Source: Macrostomum lignano (Eukaryota). From it: a stretch of 64,000 bases of DNA. The translations under genes and the position numbers were made by a program. Each line of letters begins with the position of its first letter. Position 1 is the first letter of the stretch. The stretch covers positions 1-64,000 of the forward strand of contig NIVC01001181.1 in the NCBI GenBank assembly GCA_002269645.1, given 5' to 3'. Under the pieces are notes generated by a model. That model did not search any database and had not been told where the DNA came from. It saw only the letters and a list, made by a program, of their open reading frames with translations. This document shows, in pieces, positions 24,401-53,797 of the stretch.

Positions 24401-27385
24401 AGCAGTGCAAGTCAGCGGACAGAAAAGTGCAATCCTATCAGAGAAGAAAAAATGCCGATGCTGACGAGCTGAGACGCGTAAGTAGTCGAATAGTAGTATG
24501 TGGCAGGTTTTTGCGCTTTTAATTAAGCACAGAGGCTACAAAACTCACTTAGTCTCTACATATCTCTCCAATCTCCTTTGCGCTCTATCTCTCTGATATT
24601 CCACTCCTAACATCTTTCTCCAATCTCCCTCTCCCTACATCTCTCTCCGATCTCCCTCTCTCTACATCTCTCTAATCTCTCTCCCTACATCTCTCTCCAT
24701 TCTTTCTCTCCCTACATCTCTCTCCAATCTCCTTCTCCCTACGTCTCTCTCCAATCTCCCTCTCCCTACATCTCTCTCCAATCTCCCTCTCCTTACATCT
24801 GTCTCCAATCTCCCTCTCCCTACACAGCACCCAGCCTTCATTTCTTCTCCTGTCACTCCCAAGCCCGTCTATTCGAAAACTCCAGTTGCAAAACGTGGCA
24901 TACGAGAAGGCCACCTCAGTACGGATCGTGCAAAGAAAGCTGCAAGACGAATTGCCCAAGTTCTACAACTCGTAAGCTAATAGTTAGTTTTATTTTTATT
25001 CTAATATTCATGACGACAGCAAATTAGCAAACAATTTTTTTCAGGCGCATGGAGTTCTACTCGAAATTGTGGCGCTCCGTGTTTCAAATCCAGGGTGACA
25101 TTGCGAAGGCTGAGAGTGAGGTGTGTCCTCCGTTCTGACAGATTATTTGGTCGCAGTACCCTTCGTCACTCTCACACCACCCATGTCACTCTCACACTAC
25201 TCATGTCACTCTCACATCACCCATGTCACTCTCACACTACCCATGTCACTCTCACACTACCCATGTCACTCTCACACTACCCATGTCACTCTCACCACCC
25301 ATGTCACTCTCACACTACTCATGTCACTCTCACATCACCCATGTCACTCTCACACTACCCATGTCGCTCTCACACTACCCATGTCACTCTCACACCATCC
25401 ATGTCACTCTCACACCACCCATGTCACTCTCACCACCCATGTCACTCTCACCACCCATGTCACTCCCACACCATCCATGTCACTCTCACATCATCCATGT
25501 CACTCTCACATCACCCATGTCACTCTCACATCAGCCATGTCACTCTCACACTACCCATGTCACTCTCACACTACCCATGTCACTCTCACCACCCATGTCA
25601 CTCTCACCACCCATGTCACTCTCACACTACTCATGTCACTCTCACATCACCCATGTCACTCTCACACCATCCATGTCACTCTCACACCACCCATGTCACT
25701 CTCACCACCCATGTCACTCTCACCACCCATGTCACTCCCACACCATCCATGTCACTCTCACATCATCCATGTCACTCTCACATCACCCATGTCACTCTCA
25801 CACTACCCATGTCACTCTCACACTACCCATGTCACTCTCACACCACCCATGTCACTCTCACCACCCATGTCACTCCCACACCATCCATGTCACTCTCACA
25901 TCATCCATGTCACTCTCACATCATCCATGTCACTCACACCACCCATGTCACTCTCACACCACCTATGTCACTCTCACACCACCCATGTCACTCTCACATC
26001 ATTCATATCACTCTCAAACCACCAATGTCACTCTCACACCACCCATGTCACTCTAACACCACCTATGTCACTCTCAAACCTCAAACTCTCAAACCACACA
26101 TGTCACTCTCACATCATCCATGTCACTCTCACATCACCCATGTCACTCTCACATCACCCATGTCACTCTCACATCATCCATGTCACTCTCACATCACCAA
26201 TGTAACTCCCAAATCATCCATGTCACTCTCACATCAACAATGTAACTCCCAAATCATCCATGTCACTCTCACATCACCCATGTCACTCTCACATCACCCA
26301 TGTCACTCTCACACAACCCACGTCGCTTCAACCCAAATCCCGCAGACTCTATCGCACATGCTATCGATTGTTCGCGACTTTGACAGGCAACGCGGCGAGG
26401 GCGCCTATGATTGCAGCACCTTTATAGTGTGAGTACTGCTTGAGCAACCCGAATTTGCAGCCATGGAAATTAACTTCAACAGCGACTCGTTTGATTGCAG
26501 ATCCGAAGCTGAGAACTTCGACGATGACGACTATTCTATTGAAGCAGACCCGGTGAGATGGCAATGGGAGTTAGGGAGATGAGATCCCCGACAGGTGTTG
26601 AGGTTCCATGCGGTGTGGAGAGAATCAAAGATTTAGAGGGCTAGATTACATGAGACTCCGGTAAAATTCCATGAGATTACGGTGAGATTCCATGAGAGAT
26701 TACGGTGAGATTCCATGAGAGATTACGGTGAGATTCCATGAAATATACCGGTGAGATTCCATGAGAGATTACGGTGAGATTCCATGAAAGATTCCGGTGA
26801 GATTACATGAGAGATTACGGTGAGATTCCATGAGAGATTACGGTGAGATTCCATGAGAGATTACGGTGAGATTCCATGAGAGATTACGGTGAGATTCCAT
26901 GAGAGATTACGGTGAGATTCCATGAGAGATTACGGTGAGATTCCATGAGAGATTACGGTGAGATTCCATGAGAGATTACGGTGAGATTCCATGAGAGATT
27001 ACGGTGAGCTTCCATGAGAGATTACGGTGAGATTCCATGAGAGATTACGGTGAGATTCCATGAGATCATATGAGAACAGTGAGATCTCACATTTAACTTG
27101 CATCTCCATCCCCTCTTCCAACCCGAACCCCGTCCCTCCCTCAACTCGAAGATGGAGCCGGCCCAAGCCGCGGGCGGCAGCGGCTCACGAGCGGGCGGCA
27201 GCCTGCCGAGCCGGCGCAGTTCGAACAACTCCTTCGGCGGCGACGAGTACGCGGCGGTGACGCCGAGGCCGCAGAAGCCGCCGCCGATGAAGCTGCCGAA
27301 GCCAACAGGGCAGCCGTCAGAGAATGTCGGCGACGGCGATGCCCATGGGGACGGCGACGCCGACGGCGACAGTGAGAGCCGATAA
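21412..27385 (+). CDS. N-BAR domain protein (amphiphysin/BIN-like), ~11 exons, no SH3 seen
   Basis: Exons: 21412-21432 (tentative), 21650-21739, 22223-22277, 23109-23203, 23279-23374, 24370-24477, 24886-24971, 25045-25120, 26346-~26428, 26461-26552, 27152-27385. Phases are consistent up to exon 9. LDSLYEDNWVEK and LQDELPKFYNSRMEFYSKLWRSVFQIQ align with amphiphysin LHEVYEPDW and [20 protein letters not shown]. The exon 9/10 junction is off by one base. An alternative start is ATG 21686. Confidence 0.8.
22361..23036 (+). repeat. 40-bp G-rich minisatellite (~17 copies), BAR intron 3
   Basis: Unit atttaggctaggggtagagagtcggggaggagtggggttt. Confidence 0.97.
23417..23776 (-). repeat. Inverted copy (~9 units) of the same 40-bp minisatellite, BAR intron 5
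   Basis: Unit ctctacccctagcctaaataaaccccactcctccccgact is the exact reverse complement of the intron-3 unit. Flanked by the direct repeat TTATTGAAGT (23400-23409, 23780-23789). Confidence 0.97.
24030..24330. repeat. Degenerate ~14-bp C-rich repeat (ccccattccctaat)
   Basis: Repeated ccccatt/cctaat modules in BAR intron 5. Confidence 0.8.
24550..24825. repeat. ~27-bp pyrimidine-rich minisatellite (BAR intron 6)
   Basis: Unit ctccctacatctctctccaatctccct. Confidence 0.85.
25165..26330. repeat. 20-bp minisatellite with 18-bp variants (BAR intron 8)
   Basis: Unit ccatgtcactctcacactac. Confidence 0.95.
26645..27065. repeat. 23-bp minisatellite (BAR intron 10)
   Basis: Unit ttccatgagagattacggtgaga. 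Confidence 0.95.
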
Positions 27386-27424
27386 GCGACTGGGGACTTC
27401 GGGGATCTGACTGCTTGCTATCAA

Positions 27425-27961
<537 letters not shown>

Positions 27962-28912
27962 ACCCAGTTGTCTTATTCCCACTAACCGTTTTCTTATACT
28001 AACTATTTATACTATAACAAAAGTCCTAATAGTGTAGTCGTGCAAGCGGCACGCAAGTGCGTACTGATATCATAAAACAATGAAAGGTATTGTCCCTGGC
28101 TCCATAGAAAAAAGCTCATCAAGATGTTTAACTGCTCCGTCAAAAACTGCTATGCATAGCTCTTGGAATATACATGTAACATTCGCCTGTTTTGTACGTT
28201 ACGAAATTCTCGAACTTTAAAAGCAATTCTCGTTACAGACTACTTACATTACCGAGTTAACTGGGAATAAAAATTGAAAATCTGTGCGGCCATATTTTAT
28301 TCACGTCTGTCTCTGAGCTTTATTCCCGCTTACCTGTCGCACTTGTCCGTGTTTTTTTAATCTTTTGCAATAATTTTAATTGCGAGCCTTCACTAATTAA
28401 TTGCTGATATGCAGTAAATAAATGTTTATTTGATTTAGTTACATTTTTGACGAGATTTTCTGAAGGAAGTTCATTGGGGTATTACTCGAAACGGAGTTCC
28501 CTGGCTTGACAGTGCGAGCTAGAAGTCTGAACTGGAGGTTGACTAGAAATGACACGAGGCCCGGTAAGGAACGTCCGAGGGGCAAACAAAATGCGTCACA
28601 TATTTAGCCGTAACTTTTGAGGTGAATGTCCGAAAGGTTTGAGGTTAATGGGGCCAGAATCAAATTAAATATAAACTGTGCCGTTTTAAGGTGGAACCAA
28701 TTATTCAGCATTTAGTCTTTACGGTATGGACCCCCAGGGTCAGAAGCACAGATTATATTACGTAGATGGACCACTCCAGCCGCCTGACCGCAGTGCGAAA
28801 ACCCCGGGATTTTGACCATAGACTGCAGCTTCTGCTGCTCTCAAGCATTAGCAGTATAGCCAGTGTCTATGGCCCTAACCCCGGTGTTTTCGGAGCCGCG
28901 GAGAGGGTGGGT

Positions 28913-28960
28913 CATGGATCTTATATACTGTGTATATATACTGTGTATATAAGATCTATG
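28913..28960. mobile_element. 48-bp micro-MITE with 16-bp TIR and 8-bp flanking direct repeat
   Basis: CATGGATCTTATATAC ... GTATATAAGATCTATG (15/16 inverted match). GGGTGGGT at 28905-28912 and 28961-28968. Confidence 0.65.
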
Positions 28961-29619
28961 GGGTGGGTGGGCTAAGGAACTGGTTCGGGCTTTTGCAAGC
29001 AAGTTTTTCACTAAAAAAATAAATTCACCCTTGTAAGTAGTATGAAGAGGAAATGTGATGATTAAATTGATCGTAACATCTGCGGTTTTTCACAATTTTC
29101 TCTGCCTCATGAGAACCTTTTTTTTCTAGAAATTTCTCCAGCCAGAACTGTAAAAGTTCAGACGTTTTGCTGTCAAACGATACGGCTTTATTATGCGTGA
29201 ATGCAGCTATTTGCATCCCATGTTCCGTGTGTGGTCTGCTGTGGCTTTTTATAATAAGCTTAGCTCTATTTTTATCCGGACTTATTCGACCGGCCGCAAT
29301 TTTGAACTGCGTAAGATTTTTTTGACTGACAACACACGGGGGGGGGCGATATCGTGTATTTGTAAACACATAATATGATTAACAAATTATTACATATTAT
29401 TCATAATTACTGTGACATTTAAAATTGAAGAGTGCTAGCGAACTTTGGCAAAACTGAGATTTTTTCTACGCAGCTCTGCGTCATTCGTGCCCGATGATCG
29501 TCTCTAAATCTGCGGCTTTTTTGCACAGAAACATTCTTGTATGACCGTCTCTAATCATTATGACTGATTTTCTCTTTGACAGCAGCAAGACTGGTGTGTT
29601 AATGATCTCTATTGAGCTA

Positions 29620-29970
29620 TTGGTTCACGACCTTTTGGCTCATGAACTTTTGGCTCATGACCTTTTGGCTCATGACCTTTTGGTTAATGACCTTTTGATT
29701 AATGACCTTTTGGCTCATCACCTTTTGGCTCATGACCTTTTGGTTAATGACCTTTTGGCTCATCACCTTTGGTTAATGACCTTTTGATTAATGACCTTTT
29801 GGCTCATCACCTTTTGGTTAATGACCTTTTGGCTCATGACCTTTTGGTTGATGACCTTTTGGCTCATGACCTTCTGGTTAATGACCTTTTGGCTCATGAC
29901 CTTTTGCCTCGTGACCTTTTGGCTCATGATGACCTCTCAGCTCATGATGACCTCTCAGCTCATGATTGAT
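29620..29970. repeat. 15-bp minisatellite
   Basis: Units catgaccttttggct / aatgaccttttggtt. Confidence 0.9.
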
Positions 29971-30419
29971 TTATGACCGTTTAGTTAATGACCTTAAATT
30001 TATATCACTGTATAATCTTCTGACTCTTAGGTTTGAGTCAAACATGACCAATTTAATCATTAAATTTAAGTGTTCATTGATAACAATAAGGTACTTACAG
30101 GTACATCCGCTAATCAGTGATGCAATTATTGCTTATTTGAAGAATCAAAAGACTGCATTTTGGAATCAGAAAGAGTTACCCACATACCGTTGTAACGCGT
30201 GGGTCCTGTGTTGCTAAAGAGCACGTGCGACTCGTATTTATCTTATCATAATATCTTTTTGCTGAGCAAGAAAGCATTTGCATGCATAAGCTGTACTGAA
30301 AAGGGCTGCATCATTAGCGTTGGCTCAAACACCTACGCACGGTCGAAAGAAATTTTGAGGTGCGAAATTTTAATAGAAATTTAATAGAAAATCTCAACAG
30401 GAATATTTATTGGTAAAGC

Positions 30420-31228
30420 TGAAGAAGGGAGGGAGGGTGGGAGTGAGAGGAGTGAACGAGGAAGTGAGTGACTGAGTGGTTGATAGCGAGAGTGAGTGAA
30501 GGGTAAAATGACTGAGCGGGAGAGGGAGTGAGAGGGAGAGGGAGTGAGAGGGAGAGGGAGTGAGGGGAGAGTGAGGGAGGGCGAGAGTGAGTGAGGGGGA
30601 AAGTGAGTGAGAAAAGGGTGAGTGAGGGGGAGAGGGGGAGAGTGAGTGAGGGGGAAAGTGAGTGAGAAAAGGGTGAGTGAGGGGTAGAGGGAGTGAGGGG
30701 AGAGCGATTGATAGGGAGAGTGAGGGAGGGGGAGAGTGAATTAGGTGGAGAGTGAGTGAGAGGAGAGTGAGTGAGAAGAGAGTGAGTGAGGGGAGAGTGA
30801 GTGAGAGGAGAGTGAGTGAGAAGAGAGTGAGTGAGTGGGAGAGTGAGTGATGGGGGAGAGTGAGTGAGAAGAGAGTGAGTGAGGGGAGAGTGAGTGATGG
30901 GGGAGAGTGAGTGAGAAGAGAGTGAGTGAGGGGAGAGTGAGTGATAAGAGAGTGAGGGAGGGGGAGAGTGAATTAGGTGGAGAGTGAGTGAGGGGGAGAG
31001 TGAGTGATGGGGAGAGTGAGTGAGGGGGAGAGTGAGTGATGGGGGAGAGTGAGTGAGGGGAGAGTGAGTGATGGGAGAGTGAGGGAGGGGGAGAGTGAAT
31101 TAGGTGGAGAGTGAGTGAGGGGGAGAGTGAGTGAGGGGGAGAGTGAGTGAGGGGGAGAGTGAGTGAGGGGGAGAGTGAGTGATGGGGGAGAGTGAGTGAG
31201 GGGAGAGTGAGTGAGACTGAGAGTGAGT
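30420..31228. repeat. Polypurine GAGT/GA-rich repeat
   Basis: gagagtgagtgagggg-type units. Confidence 0.9.
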
Positions 31229-31910
31229 GTTCTCAAGACATTAGCAGCAGCCAGTGTCTCTGGCCCTAACCCCTGGGCTTTCGGGGCCTCGGGGACGGCC
31301 GCTAAATACACTAGCGAAAGCTGGAGACCCATCTGGTGAATTACATAGAATCTGTGCTTGTCATAGCATACCGATGGTCATTAACTTCTTTGACTTCCTT
31401 AAGCCGCAGACTAGTGGGCCATAGACAAAAATGCAAACTGCAAACCACCCATGCCAGAAAAGAAGTGGAATCGCCAAATCTGGATAGGATAAAAAAGGTT
31501 GTCAAAAAATTATTTTGCCTGCCAACCAATTTTAGGTGACCGCAGGCAGGCAAGGATTCCAGAGCCGTCGCCTACTTCAATCTGTCCCTCCATACAATTT
31601 TAGCTTCTGTCGTCATCTCCCTCCAGCCCTTAGTCTTCGTGAATCATCCTCTATATTCGGGCGGATATATGATACTTTGCTTTAGGCTTAAGCCGTTAAT
31701 TTTATTACTGCTAGTAGCTTACTGCACGAGTGTTAAGAGAGCTTGTAGAGAATTTCAGACAGCCAATGGGAGGCCGAGACTCGGCCACCACCCCAGCAAG
31801 GTTATTAAAAGCAGGCAGACCAACGGCCTCGACAAGCTGCTCTCCACTGAATCTAGACTAGCGCACTGCCTTAGCGTATTGAAATTTTATAGGTTTAATT
31901 CCACTCTCCT

Positions 31911-31918
31911 TATAAATA
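31911..31918 (+). promoter_or_regulatory. Candidate TATA box of the FGF-like gene
   Basis: TATAAATA 42 bp upstream of ATG 31953. Confidence 0.4.
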
Positions 31919-31952
31919 GAATTACTAATAACTTTATACATAAATCTACGAA

Positions 31953-46896
<14,944 letters not shown>

Positions 46897-48659
46897 GAAA
46901 TGGTGTGGGAAAGCTTTATATATATATATATTGATAGTTTTTATTTTCCTGTCACAGGCGGCTCGCATAATCTAGTCAGTGAATCATATCGCAAGTATAG
47001 CCTTAAGCGGAACAGCGATAAGCCTCCATTTTTTACAAAATCAATGCCAAAAGTCGAGAAAATTTCTCCCAAACCAGAGGATACATCCGCGTATCGCAGG
47101 TCTCTAGATGTAGCTTTGCTATTGGGCCGTGCGGTCACAGCTTTTTAAATAATAAATTGCAGTGTACTAAAACAAATTAAAAAATCATTCGGGATCATTC
47201 CGCGGCAAAAACTTGCGCAGACACTCTTACTTCAATGTACTTTTATGAAAAGCGACCGCCAGAATCCAGAGTCTCTGAATTTGAATTCTCGTTGAAATCT
47301 CCGAAATTGCTCGCTCGTCCGAGCACTGTCTCACGCTTTCGTCCCTAAAATTCTATCCGGTAAATTTTCTTGTCCAAGAATTCAACCATGGACAGGAAAT
47401 ACTATTTTAGTATTAAAAGCATAACTGCTTTGTCAATCAAATTATGCTATTTTGTCACGCCATTTTCATCTAGTGCCTCATATTGCCATTCGCACCGGAC
47501 TTATTCGATCTGAATATTATTTTTTTTCTAAACTACCGCATTCAGTTTCTGTGTACAGATTAGCACAACATTTTTGTCATTATTATGACAGGCAGCCAGT
47601 GAATGCGCTGCAAAATATCGTCGTTTTTTATATTTACGCTTTTCTTAATTATTTTAACTTGTAAAATTGCGTTTACAAGTCGTCAATGGGTAAGGCCTGA
47701 AACATGTTACCTCAGTAGGCAATTTGTACGAATCAGTGTTTTTTGTATTTCTTGCGCTAATGTGTACCATTTTTCATCAATTGTTAGCCCATTCAATCAT
47801 TGCATTGCAGTTGCTCGTCTTTAAACAAGTCTGCACAAAAATATTTTCCATATAAAATTGCTAATGTAATATGGCATCAACTACTAGCTACCTCGATGTT
47901 TATATTCAAATTATCCGTAATGTTTTCAACGAAACGAAGCTATAACAAACTAGTGAGAATGCAGTTGAGATTTGAAAATTAAGTCCTTGTCATAAAAATT
48001 TAGACAATGTGATTGAAATAGTTCAAATTGTGTACTATATTAAAAGAACTTTAATTAAATTATTGAATTTTCTGTCAATAAAATTTGAACAAAACTGTTC
48101 TGCACTGGGTCGAATTGAAAGTTTAAATCAATTAGAAGTCAATTCATTTTTATCTGCCTGATAATAGTAAGCACTTGCTTTATCGTACTTGTACGCTTGT
48201 TTTTCTTTAAATTGCAAATAATTATAGCATTTACATTTCTCTATCTTATCGTGCTTTTTAGTCCATTTCCGTTCGATGCCTACCGTATGTTGGTGATGTC
48301 CTGTAATCTCATTTTTCATTTGACCTCTCACTTGTGGCTCCTCCTTAATAATTCATTAAGTTTCCCTGCTCACTGTCTCCCAGCTAGTGTTGGTCCGTCT
48401 CGTCATGGTTTAATACTTTTTTGGCTATTGTCGTACACTCAGTCGATCTCTTTGTAAACAAATTTTGGCGTCATTCATTTCTGAAATGACTCTTGCTGTT
48501 ACAAAAAATAAACAAAATATACTATCGACCAGCAATAAGTAATACTTTGATTGTCTTGCAGTCTTTGATGTCATCAGGGGGGAGTGGGCTATAGGGCAAG
48601 ACAGCGCCACAACCCTTCCCCACCAAGCCACTCCCCTCCACCAGACAGGTCCACACCCA

Positions 48660-49140
48660 GGCAGTGCCACACCTCTTCTAGACAGTGCCACACCTCTTCT
48701 AGACAGTGCCACACCTCTTCTAGACAGTGCCACACCTCTTCTAGACAGTGCCACACCTCTTCCAGACAGTGCCACACCTCTTCTAGACAGTGCCACACCT
48801 CTTCTAGACAGTGCCACACCTCTTCTAGACAGTGCCACACCTCTTCTAGACAGTGCCACACCTCTTCTAGACAGTGCCACACCTCTTCTAGACAGTGCCA
48901 CACCTCTTCTAGACAGTGCCACACCTCTTCTAGACAGTGCCACACCTCTTCTAGACAGTGCCACACCTCTTCTAGACAGTGCCACACCTCTTCTAGACAG
49001 TGCCACACCTCTTACAGACAGTGCCACACCTCTTCCAGACAGTGCCACACCTCCTCCAGACAGTGCCACACCTCTTCCAGACAGTGCCACACCTCCTCCA
49101 GACAGTGCCACACCTCTTCCAGACAGTGCCACACCTCTCC
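48660..49140. repeat. 21-bp minisatellite
   Basis: Unit gacagtgccacacctcttcta, ~23 copies. Confidence 0.96.
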
Positions 49141-49717
49141 AAGATGGCGCTACTCCCAATACAGCGCCACATCAAGACATCGCAATTCCAGAACAATCTT
49201 GGTCTGATCTCAACCATTCGAAATTACAGTTATTGCCTTTCGAATCAACTCATCCCCACGCTGTTGCACTTGCACTGCGCTAAATTTATTCTCATGTGTC
49301 AACTCCAGTAGGCTATTAATCATGATAGCGCAAAGCGGTCATTTCACAGTCGATCAATAATAGCTCTCCTTCTTCTAGCAGCCTCTGGAACTTTGCTTCT
49401 TTTCAATGAAAGGGCTGGGCTGGAAGCGGCTGTGCTGCGGTTCGCGTTAAATTTTGCATGCAAATCAAATGCGGGACATGAGAAACGACTCAAGTGCTCA
49501 AACTTTGCTCAATCATTCTGACTGCTCTAATGGAGTGCACTGGCTAAGCAAGTCCAACTTATTTTCTGCTCTATTTGCATCTCTTTGTCGGCTTTGGGTG
49601 CCGATTCGGCCTTAAGAACTGGATTAACGATTGTCGATATAGAGCTTTGGGAATGGGAGACTGACGTTACAGCTTTGCGTTGGCTCGCCTTTGCTTAGCT
49701 TATCATTTCTAGTGAAT

Positions 49718-50392
<675 letters not shown>

Positions 50393-51739
50393 GAATAGAG
50401 AGTTGGATAGAGATTTTGCACTAGATTCAATTCCAGGCCGGCCTTTGGCAGGAAGCCAAATCTCGACAAGCGGATCCGAAGTCAGCCCTTACCATCTTAT
50501 CCCCAGACCAAGCCCCCAGACCAGCAGAACATTCGATCCCTCAGAAGTCACGGAAGTCAGACTCAATGCCCTAGTTTGGAAGGCTTCTTTATCAAAGATG
50601 CAGAGCAAATGTGTGGAACTCAAATTCCCTAGTCTTTATCGGGAAGTCAGCTTTGTGTTGATACTGAATAAAACTTTAATATCCTCCTATGTATAAAAAG
50701 AGAGTTAATCTCACTTTGGCGACAAATATAATCGACTAAATACATTTTATTCGTATTCAATAAATCCTTTACTGTTCTGTGTTTGCCCGGGGCAAACAAG
50801 ATGAGAGCGGGCAAAAGAGCGCCACTTAAAACACTCCAGTGGAGAGACGCAGCAATATATCGATAATTTTGGTATATTGGACTAGCAATCTATGCCCCCC
50901 GTTTTGGGGAGGCAAAATGATTTTCAAAAACTACTATGCTGTCTACGCATGTACTCGTAGGATTCTGGGTGCACAGAGAGCTTTTTAAAGATGTAGTTTT
51001 AAGCTTTAAAGCACGAATTCTAAAGATATCGGCACATTGAGCATTGGTATCTCAGCAACTCCCCTTGAGCCATGGCCTATAATCTTAACTTTCCCTTTGA
51101 TCTTTGGCCTCGGCCAGATTCAGAAGGGCCAACTCCCAAGGCACAGACGATTAGAAAGTCAAGACCGCTGTGCACCGTGTGTGAGCGTGTGTCTGCGATC
51201 TTTGGCACCTCCGATTGACATCGGATCCGATTGACATCTGCTAGAGCCAGCGCAATCCAAACATACAAGCATACATACAAGCAAGCACAGGCAGATCTGA
51301 ATACAATTTGCATCTGTGGATTATGATTGCAATTTGCAGAGTCTGGCAGTTAACGAAACCAATTCGCAACCACGTGACTAATACCACGTAACTGTGTGTA
51401 ATGTACATCTAGTTCTGTCTGAACTGGGTGAAGCTGTGTTTCCTATATTATATTATTTCGTCAAAGCTAACAAGCGTGACATGAACCAGACCCCTTATGA
51501 TTCTCTTTCAAATGTGCTCGCAGCAATTTATACAGTTCGCGTCCGCGGTCTGCTACTTTGCGCTGTTCAAGACCTTGAGAGACTGGTGGCGATAACTTTT
51601 GTGGTTTATCGTCTTCTTAGGCAAATGCTTAGAATGCTTCGAAAAACACCGAGTCAATAAAATATGCAAGTGGTTGTCTTGTTAGTTCAGAGAACTAACC
51701 AGATGTTAGTGTATTGGATGGAATTTCGATTGCAAAGAT

Positions 51740-53405
51740 AGGAGGGAGATGAGAGATGAGAGGAGATAAGAGATGAAAAGGAGATAAAAAAGAGATAGGA
51801 GGGAGATAGGGAGATGAGACAGATGAGGAGAAGATGTGAGAGATGAGGGGGAGATGAGATAGATAAGGGGAGATGAGAGATGAGAGAGAGATAAGAGAGA
51901 GGTCGGAGGGAGATAAGAGAGATGATGGAAGATGAGAGATAAAAGGGAGATAAGAGGGAGATGAGGGGGAGATGAGCGAGATGGAAAAGAGATGAGAGAG
52001 ATGAGAGAGATGAGAGAGATGAGGGGTTGAGTTAGATGGAAGTGGGATGAGAGAGATGAGGGGATGAGTTAGATGGAAGTGGGATGAGATAGATGAGGGG
52101 ATGAGTTAGATGGAAGTGGGATGAGAGAGATGAGGGGATGAGTTAGATGGAAGAGAGATGAGATAGATGAGAGAGATGAGGGGATGAGTGAGATGGAAGT
52201 GAGATAGATGGGAGAGATGAGGGGATGAGTGAGATGGAAGTGAGATAGATGGGAGAGATGAGGGGATGAGTGAGATGGAAGTAAGATAGATGGGAGAGAT
52301 GAGGGGATGAGTGAGATGGAAGTGAGATAGATGAGAGAGATGAGGGGATGAGTGAGATGGAAGTGAGATAGATGGGAGAGATGAGGGGATGAGTGAGATG
52401 GAAGTAAGATAGATGGGAGAGATGAGGGGATGAGTGAGATGGAAGTAAGATAGATGGGAGAGATGAGGGGATGAGTGAGATGGAAGTGAGATAGATGAGA
52501 GAGATGTGGGGATGAGTGAGATGGAAGTGAGATAGATGGGAGAGATGAGGGGATGAGTGAGATGGAAGTGAGAGAGATGAGAGAGATGAGGGGATGAGTG
52601 AGATGGACGTGAGATAGATGGGAGAGATAAGGGGATGAGTGAGATGGAAGTAAGATAGATGGGAGAGATGAGGGGATGAGTGAGATGGAAGTGAGATAGA
52701 TGAGAGAGATGAGGGGATGAGTGAGATGGAAGTGAGATAGATGGGAGAGATGAGGGGATGAGTGAGATGGAAGTAAGATAGATGGGAGAGATGAGGGGAT
52801 GAGTGAGATGGAAGTGAGATAGATGAGAGAGATGAGGGGATGAGTGAGATGGAAGTGAGATAGGTGAGAGAGATGAGGGGATGAGTGAGATGGAAGTGAG
52901 ATAGATGGGAGAGATGAGGGGATGAGTGAGATGGAAGTAAGATAGATGGGAGAGATGAGGGGATGAGTGAGATGGAAGTGAGAGAGATGAGAGAGATGAG
53001 GGGATGAGTCAGATGGAAGTGAGATGAGAGAGATGAGAGAGATGAGGGGATGAGTGAGATGGAAGTGAGAGAGATGGGAGAGATGAGGGGATGAGTGAGA
53101 TGGAAGTGAGAGAGATGAGAGAGATGAGGGGATGAGTGAGATGGAAGTAAGATAGATGGGAGAGATGAGGGGATGAGTGAGATGGAAGTGAGAGAGATGA
53201 GAGAGATGAGGGGATGAGTCAGATGGAAGTGAGATGAGAGAGATGAGAGAGATGAGGGGATGAGTGAGATGGAAGTGAGATGAGAGAGATGAGAGAGATG
53301 AGGGGATGAGTGAGATGGAAGTGAGATGAGAGAGATGAGAGAGAGAGATGAGGGGATGAGTGAGATGGAAGTGAGATAGATGGGAGAGATGGAAGGGGGA
53401 GATGA
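51740..53405. repeat. 41-bp polypurine minisatellite
   Basis: Unit gatgaggggatgagtgagatggaagtgagatagatgggaga. Confidence 0.95.
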
Positions 53406-53797
53406 GAAAACTGGGAGGGACTTAATTATTTCTTTGAGCCAAAGTGCCAGATCTTCCAGGAAAAAAAAACTTTTGTCAACAGCTATACTTCAACTTTTTG
53501 TTCCCCTTTGTTGGGTGGGGGAAGTCGCTAATTCCCCTGGGTGGGGCAAAGTTTTTCTTCAAGATTCTCTGTCGTTTTTGTTAATTAAATTGCCACCCCT
53601 TCAAGCGCTTTGAGCAGATTTGAAGAAAAAATTTTCTGGGGTTAAAATTTTACATTCTGAGAATGAAACCCGGTTGCTTTGTTTAATGAAAGTTTTCTAC
53701 ATTGCTTTTGCCAAGCGCACTCCCAGGAAAGTAAGTTTTGGACGGTTCAATTTGCTTAATTGACCACTCGGTATGCATAGAGACTAAATACAAGTAG

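Noticed and set aside
28872-28882. CCCTAACCCC telomere or telomerase-template-like motif (also at 31264-31273)
   Set aside because: A single short copy, not tandem, and with no supporting RNA architecture.
31336-31539. Weak GIY-YIG/Penelope-like peptide (YIES..LSRRLVGH)
   Set aside because: The key GIY/YIG residues are missing and there is no adjacent RT.
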